32,000 bases of DNA, taken from an uncultured archaeon. GTDB lineage: Archaea; Asgardarchaeota; Thorarchaeia; Thorarchaeales; Thorarchaeaceae. The DNA is taken from NCBI GenBank assembly GCA_964648855.1, contig CAZYLT010000010.1, positions 74,919 to 106,918 of the forward strand, read 5' to 3'. Of the stretch, positions 8,695 through 17,440 are shown one piece after another. Made by a program: the position numbers and the translations under genes. Below the pieces are notes generated by a model that was given only the letters and a program-made list of their open reading frames with translations, had not been told where the DNA came from and did not search any database. Position 1 is the stretch's first letter, and each line of letters begins with the position of its first letter.

Positions 8695-9918
8695 CTATGA
8701 ACCCTCCGCCCATTCTTTGTATCTACGAATGTCTTCAGGCGATGTTGCCGGGCGAATATTTTCAATCGCATTGAGAAAGTCCAATCTTGACACTGGTCTT
8801 AATCTGAAGCCAGCTTTCTCTGTAGGAGGTATATCGCTCTGCAATTCTCTGATAGGTTCCATCGCGGCTTCTCTACATACAACGCTGATATCTCTCCCGC
8901 TGTATCCCTCTGTCAGGTCAGCAAGCTCATTGAAGTCCACATCTGGTCCGACTTCAATATCATCAATATGTATTTTGAAAATCCTGACTCTTGCGGCTTT
9001 ATTGGGGAGGGGAACATTGATCCTTTTCTCAAATCGGGATCGTAAGGCGAAATCGATGTCCCATGGTAGATTTGTGGCCCCAATGAGTGTAACTCTTTCA
9101 TCACTCTTACTTGTTAGTCCTTGAAGTTCCGTCAACAATTGGGTCTTGAGTCTTCTTTCGCCACCAACATCTTCTCCGCGCCTTGAAACCCCTATAGAAT
9201 CAAGCTCATCTATGAATATGATAGATGGCTGGTTGTCGCGCGCAGAATCGAAGAGGTGTTTAACCAATCGCTCTGATTCACCAAGCCATTTACTCACTAT
9301 ATTTGCTGCTGATACATTGAAGAAGGTGGCATTTACTTCGTTTGCAACCGCCTTGGCAATTAAGGTCTTTCCACAGCCTGCTGGTCCATAGAGTAGAATG
9401 CCTTTCCAAGGCTGCCTAGCCTTGCCTTTGAACAACTCGGGGTGCTTCATGGGTGATATGATGGCATCATGTATAGCCTGTTTTGCATCATTGAGTCCTG
9501 CAACTTCTGACATCTTGACATCAGGGCGCTCGGAGAGGATTGTATCAGAAATCATCTCGTTGAGCCTTATCTCATCCTCATCTTCCTCTTCAGGCGGGCT
9601 ACTTGCTGGTTTCTCATGTCTTATACTATCATCATGGATTGGTTCAGGCGGCCTGGCGAGACCCTTTTCTTGTCCCCTAGCTTTTTTCTTGATGCCCGAA
9701 AGATAACGAACCCTATCTACACACTCTTGAGCCCGTTTGAGGTAATGCTTTCGGACTGAAGGGAGACTCGTTGCATTTGAGAGTTTGATCAATATCTTAC
9801 TGGCTTTGAGGTATTTTTGACAGGCCTCCTTCTTCAGTCCTCTCTGGTCCAGATCGATAGCTCTGTCGAGGAGTTCTCGTAAGCCTTTATCGAGTCTAGT
9901 TCCATTGGTATCGCTCAT
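8695..9918 (-). CDS. vps4: Vps4-like AAA+ ATPase with N-terminal MIT domain
   Basis: MIT-like three-helix N-terminus (RAIDLDQRG..KEACQKY). Also WKGILLYGPAGCGKT (Walker A), pore loop SKWLGESERLV, IIFIDE (Walker B), GATNLPW, TEGYSGRDI..VCREAAMEPIR and C-terminal RYKEWAE. Confidence 0.95.
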   Translation of the reverse strand: MSDTNGTRLDKGLRELLDRAIDLDQRGLKKEACQKYLKASKILIKLSNATSLPSVRKHYLKRAQECVDRVRYLSGIKKKARGQEKGLARPPEPIHDDSIRHEKPASSPPEEEDEDEIRLNEMISDTILSERPDVKMSEVAGLNDAKQAIHDAIISPMKHPELFKGKARQPWKGILLYGPAGCGKTLIAKAVANEVNATFFNVSAANIVSKWLGESERLVKHLFDSARDNQPSIIFIDELDSIGVSRRGEDVGGERRLKTQLLTELQGLTSKSDERVTLIGATNLPWDIDFALRSRFEKRINVPLPNKAARVRIFKIHIDDIEVGPDVDFNELADLTEGYSGRDISVVCREAAMEPIRELQSDIPPTEKAGFRLRPVSRLDFLNAIENIRPATSPEDIRRYKEWAEGS

Positions 9919-10119
9919 TGTTACCCCGTTAGAAAAATGCTGTATTGGTTGTTAAGAGCTTCTGTATTGCCCACAAACTACTGAGTTTTTCGAAAAGGAT
10001 GTTTAGAACCGCGCCTTAGAAACACCCGCACAGTTTCATTCCAGATGACTGCGAAGTGTTAAAATGGCATCCATATTATTGAAAGTGAAGAAGAATCTTA
10101 CTTCTTCAGGGTGAGCAAA

Positions 10120-10734
10120 TTGGGTATCTTCAAGAAAGCCTTCTCGTGGGGACGAAAGAAGCCTGATATCAATGAAGTTACAAGTCAGCTTCGCGTTCTA
10201 TCAAAACAACTTGAAAGACAGAGAAACAAGTTGGAAAAAGAAGAACGAGATACAAAGGCAAGAGCCATCAACGCACGAAAGAACGGAAACACGGAAGCCT
10301 TTCGGACCTATGCAAAGGAAATGGTGAGATTCAGACGTTTTGCTCTCTCAATTGATAAGTCGCGTCTTCAGATTTTGAAGATACTGGCTCATATAACTCG
10401 AGCACAAACCACCGCAAAAGCATCCAAGGCCCTTGACGATGTAGCTGATATTTTGGGTCTTCTTGGAGATGCCACGGACACCTCGAAAGTAATCGAAAAT
10501 GCAGATGAAATAGCCATGCGGCTGGAAGAGTTCGAGATTGAGAGCGGAATTGCAGGTGAAGCTTTCGACTCCACAACTGAATCTGAGGTGACTTCAGATG
10601 AATTGAGTGAAGCCATGAGAGAAATAGAGGCTGCCGCCCAAGTAGAGGGTTCTACTACAGGGGCGCATCCGATGACTGAAGCAGAGGAATTGGAAGAAGC
10701 CATCAAGTCATTAGAGAAAGAACTTGGTGTTTGA
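10120..10734 (+). CDS. ESCRT-III subunit (Snf7 family), Vps2/Vps24/Vps46 class
   Basis: Basic N-terminal hairpin KQLERQRNKLEKEE...KNGNTEAFRTYAKEMVRFRR (compare CHMP2 AKDLVRTRR), an acidic C-terminal half and a terminal amphipathic helix ELEEAIKSLEKELGV (MIM1-like). TTG at 10120 follows GGTGA at 10110-10114; the track start is GTG 10111. Confidence 0.9.
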   Translation: MGIFKKAFSWGRKKPDINEVTSQLRVLSKQLERQRNKLEKEERDTKARAINARKNGNTEAFRTYAKEMVRFRRFALSIDKSRLQILKILAHITRAQTTAKASKALDDVADILGLLGDATDTSKVIENADEIAMRLEEFEIESGIAGEAFDSTTESEVTSDELSEAMREIEAAAQVEGSTTGAHPMTEAEELEEAIKSLEKELGV

Positions 10735-10735
10735 A

Positions 10736-12295
10736 TCACCATCGACGATATTCATGGGTGTCGCCATACTGGTCGAGTTCCTTTCTAATACCATACGAGT
10801 CCCGCATCAAACCTCTGTATCTTCTTATGAAGTCTTCAGGTACAATTCTTCCACTGCGGAGTAGGTCTACCGTTTCAGAGAGAGCGGATTGCAGTTCGCG
10901 TTCATTTCTCCTTAATTGCTCGAAACCCATATCGTATCCTTGATTCCTTCGTCTGCTATCTCGATGCCCAAGTGTTCTTCTGAGCTCCTCAGCCAATTCA
11001 TCTTCGTATTTCTGCTTCTTTTGGTATCTACTTTGTGGGCTCCAAGGACGGTTCACCTCATCCCGGTATGGCACATAATATCCTCTCTTTGTTTCGGGAA
11101 CTTGACTCACCTGATCAGTTGACAGAATCGAGTAGATCAGCTCCTCAATCTTCAATCTCACATCGCTGACATTAACACTGGTCGCCTCGATCTTTCGTAC
11201 CCGGTGCATGTCGTCCTGCACGTACCTATCAAACTTCTTTGCGATCTGTATGTAATCTGAGAGGACCTGTTCCGTTTGTTCGTCACAATCAACTCGAACA
11301 TCACCCTGCTTTAACTTCAAAACCAATCGTTTTCTGAACCTTCCATCCTCTTCAAGAGATTTGAGATAGGCCAAGGGGAAGTCGAAGACGACCTCTGTCT
11401 TTTTGCGTACTAGTCCAGTTTCTGCAACGAATATGAGACGCTTGTTCGTAATATACAAGATCCCTGTGGTCTTATCATGCTTCAAGAAGTCGCTCCCACT
11501 GAGTTTTATCTCGGGAATTGCACATACAGGAAGCTCGTTTACCGACAGGTCTGAATACTCGTAGAATCCCGCGAAATGCTTCCTATAGTAGTCAAGACCT
11601 TCTAGATGCTCTGTTAGTTCACCCAAATCTAATTCTAGTGCTTGGAGTGAATCGTCAATATTGCTCTTGTATTGTCGTCCGATATGAGTTACGCGATTGG
11701 TCACGCCCTCAACAAATGGGAATTGACCTGTTTCCCATGTTTGGTAATCAATGAGTCCTTTTGTTTCTGCGAGCATTTTCTTGGCTACTATCTCGGCTTG
11801 GTTTGTAACGCGATTCTTGATAGCTATGAACTCATCTTGAATCTGTTCAACCCTATCTTCGAACCACTTGAAGCCAAGAAAATTTGCCATTCTTAATGAA
11901 ACAAGAATCCTTTTCGCGGAGGCGAGCCTAGTATTGAACTCTCTGAGTTTGGTGTGGCCGTAGTGAATACTCATGACTGCATTACGCAGTTCGTGAGCTA
12001 GGTTTCTGCGTTTATCTTCAATTCCCGCAATCCGAGTTGAATAGCAATTTGGACATATCTCTTCAATACGTTTTGCAGTAACAAAACTCTGTGATTCACA
12101 CTCAGGACAATTTTCCGGTTGCTCGCCCATTGGAACCCTCCCAATATTATGATGGCACTCTGCGCACATTGTGTATTCGCTTGATTTTGAATCAAGGCAA
12201 TTTGTGCATAGCAAAGCGCCACAGTCCTCGCACATATGCGTTGAGCGATTATCGCCACAAAGGCTGCAATAATTCGATGGTGAACCTTTTGTCAA
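10736..12295 (-). CDS. Multidomain ESCRT-I-like protein: Zn fingers (6 CxxC), coiled coil, PH/GRAM/GLUE-like domain, C-terminal Vps23/37-type steadiness box
   Basis: 12 Cys in six CxxC pairs in aa 10-84 and a long helical region. TTGILYITNKRLIF...FDFPLAYLKSL is a PH-like signature. ALSETVDLLRSGRIVPEDFIRRYRGLMRDSY is steadiness-box-like. GGAGG lies upstream of the TTG start. Confidence 0.78.
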   Translation of the reverse strand: MTKGSPSNYCSLCGDNRSTHMCEDCGALLCTNCLDSKSSEYTMCAECHHNIGRVPMGEQPENCPECESQSFVTAKRIEEICPNCYSTRIAGIEDKRRNLAHELRNAVMSIHYGHTKLREFNTRLASAKRILVSLRMANFLGFKWFEDRVEQIQDEFIAIKNRVTNQAEIVAKKMLAETKGLIDYQTWETGQFPFVEGVTNRVTHIGRQYKSNIDDSLQALELDLGELTEHLEGLDYYRKHFAGFYEYSDLSVNELPVCAIPEIKLSGSDFLKHDKTTGILYITNKRLIFVAETGLVRKKTEVVFDFPLAYLKSLEEDGRFRKRLVLKLKQGDVRVDCDEQTEQVLSDYIQIAKKFDRYVQDDMHRVRKIEATSVNVSDVRLKIEELIYSILSTDQVSQVPETKRGYYVPYRDEVNRPWSPQSRYQKKQKYEDELAEELRRTLGHRDSRRRNQGYDMGFEQLRRNERELQSALSETVDLLRSGRIVPEDFIRRYRGLMRDSYGIRKELDQYGDTHEYRRW

Positions 12296-12441
12296 ATACG
12301 TGCCTCCGGCTTGTCACGTTATTAGGAATATACCCTAAGAATAACGTGTGTATTATTCTACTAATACTTGCATGGCCAACTGCACAGTACGAATTAGTTA
12401 TAATATCAGGTTTTTCAAGCAGAAATCAGGACGAAAACACT

Positions 12442-13827
12442 ATGGAGGACTTGGCAAACGCAGCGATTGCTGCAGCTCTAGATGAGGGCGTCGAATTTGT
12501 TGATGTTCGTGTAGAAGACACTCAAACAACAATTATTGAAATCAGTGATGGCGTTACAAAACGGTCCATGGCCGCCCATCTGAAAGGTGCGGGAATACGA
12601 GCATTTGTTGATGGCTCATGGGGATTCAGCCAAACGACGGATTTGACTAGGGCTGGCATGAAGAAAGCTGGTGCATCTGTTGCAAAATTGGCACTTGCTA
12701 CGCGAGAAAAAGTATCTGCTCATTTTGAAATAGACGGCCCCTCAAACAAGGCTAGATCTCCCATTTCAGTCAAGATTCCATTCTCAGATATCCACTTTGA
12801 GGACAAAATTGGGTTTGCTAAGTATATTGATGAACAGGCACAATCATACGATGATCGGATTGCTAACACACGGACAATATATGGCGACCTCCAAACTGAG
12901 CTCTATATTGTAAATTCATTTGGAACCTCCGTATACACCGAAAACTCACTTCCAAGAATCATTTCGTCATTGACCGCAACAGATGGAAAAAACCGAAGAA
13001 GGGCGTCCGAGTCAATTGGCATTAGAAGCGGATTTGAGTTCACAGAATCCGAAGAGGCCCAGTCCATAGGGTCTTCCACTGCAGAGCTTGTCATAGACTT
13101 GCTTTCTTCAAAAGCAGCACCTGGTGGAGTCTTCGATGTTGTCGTGGACCCCGTGCTTAATGGCGTGATGGTTCATGAGGCATTTGGCCACGCCTGCGAG
13201 GCTGATAATTGGCCAGCACATACCACCGTACTTGAAGATAAGATTGGAAAAGAAGTAGGTCCTGAACAATTGAATATCACGGACAATCCAAAATTGCGTG
13301 GCAAACGAGGGAGTTTTGATTTCGATTGGGAAGGAACCCCGACAAGAAAGAGGACTCTGGTCAAAGATGGTGTTCTAACAGAGTTGCTGCATGATTTAGA
13401 AACCAGCTCCAGGCTCGAAATGGACGTTAATGGTGCTGCTCGAGCACAATCGTTTATGCATCCTCCTGTCCCTCGAATGAGCAATACATACATGGAGCCC
13501 GGTGATTGGGACGTAGATGAACTTATAGCTGATACAGAATCTGGCATATTGCTTTGTAGATTCAATTATGGCTATACTGAACCAGCAAAGGGTCAATTTA
13601 TGTTTCAGGCAGGTCATGGATACATGATAGAGGGCGGCGAGCTTGGTCATATGGTGAGAGACGTATCTATTGCAGGTCATATCTTAGATATTCTGGCAAA
13701 GGTTGATGCCATTGGATCTGATTTTGAATTAGACGCAGGAAACTGTGGAAAAGGCGGCCAGGTTGTACCTGATATGAGTGGAGGCCCACATGCACGAATT
13801 CGTAATGTCCCTGTTGGAGGGATGTGA
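12442..13827 (+). CDS. tldD: TldD family metalloprotease subunit
   Basis: GAGIRAFVDGSWGFS, HEAFGHACEAD (HExxxH), FDWEG, PRMSNTY and C-terminal GNCGKGGQ. Start moved to ATG 12442 to avoid overlap with the divergent gene. Confidence 0.93.
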   Translation: MEDLANAAIAAALDEGVEFVDVRVEDTQTTIIEISDGVTKRSMAAHLKGAGIRAFVDGSWGFSQTTDLTRAGMKKAGASVAKLALATREKVSAHFEIDGPSNKARSPISVKIPFSDIHFEDKIGFAKYIDEQAQSYDDRIANTRTIYGDLQTELYIVNSFGTSVYTENSLPRIISSLTATDGKNRRRASESIGIRSGFEFTESEEAQSIGSSTAELVIDLLSSKAAPGGVFDVVVDPVLNGVMVHEAFGHACEADNWPAHTTVLEDKIGKEVGPEQLNITDNPKLRGKRGSFDFDWEGTPTRKRTLVKDGVLTELLHDLETSSRLEMDVNGAARAQSFMHPPVPRMSNTYMEPGDWDVDELIADTESGILLCRFNYGYTEPAKGQFMFQAGHGYMIEGGELGHMVRDVSIAGHILDILAKVDAIGSDFELDAGNCGKGGQVVPDMSGGPHARIRNVPVGGM

Positions 13828-15174
13828 ATGAGTTATCTCTGTGATGTGGCAAACAGAGCTCTTCAAGCTGCTGAGAAAGAAGGCGCTCAACAGTCTGAGG
13901 CCTATGTGTCATCGACGAAATTGTTCCAAATCGAGGTAGAGAATTCGGCGGTAAAGGGTGCAGAACATAGCTTGGACCAGGGCTGCGGTGTTCGCTCAGT
14001 AATAGACAAGAGAATTGGTTTTGCATATGTGACTAATCTTGATAAACAACAAGTAGTTACTGTAGGAAAGAAATCTGCTGAACTTGCAAAATGCTCAATT
14101 CCAGACCCAGATTTTGTTACGCTACCATCCGAACAAGAATCCTACCCAGAAATCGCAGGATTATTCGATTCGACTATGATGAAACTGGATGCTGAAGCGA
14201 CAGCGGATTTATTGATTGCAGCTGTTGATTCGACGTTGAGCATTCTTGAGGGAAAAAATCCTGCTGTTGAAGGAAAAATATCCATTAGAGTCAATACAAG
14301 AGCTGTTGTGAATTCGCTGGGCATTGAGAGTAGTACTAAGAGTACGATTGCGTACTTGTATACATATCCGACAATAAAGGAATCCGGTCAACAAACATCA
14401 GGATACGAATTCCAAGTAACCAGAAAGATGAAAGACCTCGATCCTCGCTGGGTTGGACAGGAGGCCGCCAAATCCGCGTTAGCCAATCTTGGTCCAAGCA
14501 CAATAGATGGAGGTCAATTGCCAGTCATACTTACTCCTCTTGCTGTCAGTTCTATAATCGGTTTAGGATTTTCAGGTGCACTTGATGCAGAAGAAATCCA
14601 ATATGGGCGATCCTATATCTCTGATGATATTGGCTCAATGGTTGGTTCTTCTGAGTTAACAATCACCGACGATGGAACCTTGGAATGTGGAATCGGTTCA
14701 AGGCCATTTGACGCAGAAGGCGTTCGTTCTCAAAAGACTCCTATCATGGAGAAGGGGGTTCTCAAGAGCTACCTTCACAACTCCTACACTGCGAACAAGG
14801 ACCAAGTAGAAAACACAGCAAACGCAGCCCGCGCATCATATGCTGGGCTCCCAGCTATATCGGCATCAAACTTCACTGTAGCACCAGGGCGTGGAACAGT
14901 TGAGGATTTCATCTCAGAAATTGACCGAGGAGTTCTCTGTCGTAACACGGCTGACCGCCCGAATATGACTACTGGCGAGCTAAGTGCAATGATCATGGAT
15001 GGATTCTATGTTGAGAATGGAGAAATTCAACACCCTCTGAAGAACACCCTTGTTGGAATTAATATGTGCGACTTATTGAAGCGGATCTCTCTTGTTGGAG
15101 ATGATAGTCGCACTACGTTTTCAATTACGAGTCCGAGTATTGTTTTAGAATCAGCAAGGATTACTTCCGGATAG
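13828..15174 (+). CDS. pmbA: PmbA/TldE family protein, non-catalytic partner of TldD
   Basis: GCGVRSVIDKRIGFAY, RPFDAEGV, GVLKSYLHNSYTA and GFYVENGEI; no HExxxH. Directly abuts tldD. Confidence 0.92.
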   Translation: MSYLCDVANRALQAAEKEGAQQSEAYVSSTKLFQIEVENSAVKGAEHSLDQGCGVRSVIDKRIGFAYVTNLDKQQVVTVGKKSAELAKCSIPDPDFVTLPSEQESYPEIAGLFDSTMMKLDAEATADLLIAAVDSTLSILEGKNPAVEGKISIRVNTRAVVNSLGIESSTKSTIAYLYTYPTIKESGQQTSGYEFQVTRKMKDLDPRWVGQEAAKSALANLGPSTIDGGQLPVILTPLAVSSIIGLGFSGALDAEEIQYGRSYISDDIGSMVGSSELTITDDGTLECGIGSRPFDAEGVRSQKTPIMEKGVLKSYLHNSYTANKDQVENTANAARASYAGLPAISASNFTVAPGRGTVEDFISEIDRGVLCRNTADRPNMTTGELSAMIMDGFYVENGEIQHPLKNTLVGINMCDLLKRISLVGDDSRTTFSITSPSIVLESARITSG

Positions 15175-15175
15175 A

Positions 15176-17089
15176 CTACATTCGCTCGATAATCGGTATT
15201 CCAAGCAAGCGAAGACAGTTGGTCATGGTGATTTTGAATGCCTTGACGAGATGGAGCCGAGCATGCTTCACGTCGCCATCCGCTTGTAGAACCGGACACG
15301 TGTCATAGAATTTACTGAACTGCGTGGCCAACTTGTAGCAGTATGAAGTCAGCCGACTGGTCTGGAAACTGGTCCCCCACGTATGCTTCTTCAATCCGTC
15401 AACAACCTCTAGAACCTCATCTGCCAAACGGCTAAGTGATTTGACCAACTCAAATTCAGCCTCTTCGGACAACAATGAATAGTCTATATTCTGAGCTGTA
15501 TTTGCGTCCTGCTTCTCAAGAATTCTCTGGGCTCTAGCTAAGGAATACTGCAAGTAGGGGGCTGCATCACCATTGAAATCTAAGGCTTCAGACCATCGAA
15601 ACGTGATTTTCCTGTCGGGTGAGGCATTGAGTAGAAAATATCTGACTGCTCCTGCAGCTATTTTAGATGCGACGTCTTTGAAGAATTCCTCCTCCTCTTC
15701 GGGATTTCTCTTAACCACTTCCTCTCTGGCAAGAGTCTTTGCCTTTTCGATGACCTCGTCAGCAGAATAGCCAATCCACGTGCCTTTTCTTCCTGAGAGA
15801 TCTTCATCTTCAAGACCCACAAACTCATAGGCCACATGATGTGAATTCTTAGCCTCTTCTTCGTGGCCTAGAAGCTCAAGAATTGCATAAATGAGACGTT
15901 GGGGATGCGCTTGTGCTGCACCTATCACGTTGAAAACGGAGTCAAAGGTTCCAATATCTCTCTCTTCACCTTCTAAGGTAGTTCGATACACTCGTTTGCC
16001 ATTTGGTTGCTTCTCAAATACCGAGTACCGGAAGGGATCGGACAGAATACCAAACTTCCACATTTGCAGTGCAACATCGGCTCCTGTATATGTTCTTGTA
16101 CCATCTGATCGAAACAGTACCTTGAACGGGTCCTTCATATCTTTGAATTCGTCAAGGCTGTCCAATCGTGCCACAATGCATCCCTCTTTCTCACCGGATT
16201 CCATTACGAAAATGTTCTCAGTTTCGAGCATCAATTTCCTAGCTTGACTTAGTAATCCACTGTGGGAAATCGCGCTTTCCCAGACCTGGTAATCATGATA
16301 TATTCCCAGTGCGTAGGCCGTCTGATTTTGTGCCTTCACGCATTTGGTCACCATCTCACTACTAACTTCTGAAGCCTTAGAGTTCAAATCCTCCAACTGG
16401 CGAGCAATCTCACGAACCTCTTGTTCCACGTTAGGATCTTCTTCAAAGGCCTCCTGGACATCCACATATTGTCTTCCTAAGTACCAGTCGTATTTTTCCT
16501 CTATATCTGGGCTAGTTGAATGGAGAAGCTTCCATGTAAGCTGTGCAATTTGAAGACCAAGATCATTGATATAATCAATCCGGGTCACATCATGCCCAGT
16601 TGCACTGAGAATATTTCCTAATGTATCGCCCAGTACTGCATTTCTTGCATGACCAATATGCCAGGGTTTTGAGGGATTGACGGCAGGGAACTCGATCATG
16701 ACTCGCCTATCGCTGAATTTCTGTGTAGTTCCATACTCTTCCTTCAGAGTCACGACAGATGGTAACACCATCTTTGAAAAAATCTCTTTGTCCAAGAAGA
16801 TATTGATATACGGGCCCTTCACTTCAACTCTTGAAATATAGCTACTCTCTGGTTTTTCTTTCCTCAATTCATCCGCGATATCATTTGCTATATGAGCGGG
16901 GTTCTTCTTCTTACTCTTTGCAAGCTGGAACGCGATGGTACATGCCAAGTCGCCCATCTCTGAATCGGGTGGGATTTCAAAATACTCCGAAATCTCCTCT
17001 CTGGAAACCTTGGCAGCTGCAGCAATTTCTCCTTCGATAGACTGAACCATCTCATCCCATGGATTTCTTGTATTCGTTTCACTACCCAT
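15176..17089 (-). CDS. argS: Arginine--tRNA ligase
   Basis: IEFPAVNPSKPWHIGHARNAVLGD (HIGH), RSDGTRTY, LSGRKG, YLQYSLARA and C-terminal LGIPIIERM. Start chosen at ATG 17089; the track extends to 17191. Confidence 0.97.
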   Translation of the reverse strand: MGSETNTRNPWDEMVQSIEGEIAAAAKVSREEISEYFEIPPDSEMGDLACTIAFQLAKSKKKNPAHIANDIADELRKEKPESSYISRVEVKGPYINIFLDKEIFSKMVLPSVVTLKEEYGTTQKFSDRRVMIEFPAVNPSKPWHIGHARNAVLGDTLGNILSATGHDVTRIDYINDLGLQIAQLTWKLLHSTSPDIEEKYDWYLGRQYVDVQEAFEEDPNVEQEVREIARQLEDLNSKASEVSSEMVTKCVKAQNQTAYALGIYHDYQVWESAISHSGLLSQARKLMLETENIFVMESGEKEGCIVARLDSLDEFKDMKDPFKVLFRSDGTRTYTGADVALQMWKFGILSDPFRYSVFEKQPNGKRVYRTTLEGEERDIGTFDSVFNVIGAAQAHPQRLIYAILELLGHEEEAKNSHHVAYEFVGLEDEDLSGRKGTWIGYSADEVIEKAKTLAREEVVKRNPEEEEEFFKDVASKIAAGAVRYFLLNASPDRKITFRWSEALDFNGDAAPYLQYSLARAQRILEKQDANTAQNIDYSLLSEEAEFELVKSLSRLADEVLEVVDGLKKHTWGTSFQTSRLTSYCYKLATQFSKFYDTCPVLQADGDVKHARLHLVKAFKITMTNCLRLLGIPIIERM

Positions 17090-17256
17090 CGTCAATCGCC
17101 CAATGCCTCTTTGAAGTGAATCTTCCTTCATAAATAGAACGCTACGTCTTCTCCCAGCACGAATTCCAACTACAATCTCGAAGAAATACAATAAAATGGT
17201 TTTAACTTAATTGATGAAGAACTAACCCGTCTATTGCTAAATAATTCAACAGAATG

Positions 17257-17440
17257 TTATTTAAATCTAGAAAACCCTTATTTGCTTCTGGTAGTCATAA
17301 GCCAAGGCGTCCTCTACGAAGGATGGTTCCCACAACGCGTCCCAACTTACGACGTGTTTTCTCATACGCCATGAGAAACACTGCATTGGTACTACACTCT
17401 GACGGCGCTACTACTCTCTCCCAGTAGAAGCGCAGGGAGA
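17257..17440 (+). promoter_or_regulatory. TATA-like box followed by a long, structured putative 5' leader of tfb
   Basis: TTATTTAAA near 17257-17266. Hairpins GTGTTTTCTCAT/ATGAGAAACAC (~17354-17381) and GCGCTACTACT/AGTAGAAGCGC (17405-17433). TCTCCC (17417-17422) is complementary to GGGAGA (17435-17440). Confidence 0.45.

Noticed and set aside
9030-9050. Vps4 arginine-finger region reads ALRSRF instead of the eukaryotic AIRRRF, suggesting inactivity
   Set aside because: RSRF variants occur in other archaeal AAA ATPases, and Walker A/B, pore loops and sensor motifs are intact. This is not enough to claim loss of function.
12091-12441. N-terminal extension of TldD in the ORF track
   Set aside because: It overlaps the opposite-strand Zn-finger gene and has no TldD-like character. 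ATG 12442 gives a normal-length protein.
12442-15174. TldD/PmbA as part of the ESCRT system or of a RiPP cluster
   Set aside because: The pair is widespread in archaea and no precursor peptide or modification enzyme is nearby. Adjacency alone is insufficient.
17295-17372. Short basic minus-strand ORF MAYEKTRRKLGRVVGTILRRGRLGL as ribosomal protein L41e
   Set aside because: It lacks the KWxKK/RRL pattern of L41e and lies antisense to the probable tfb leader.
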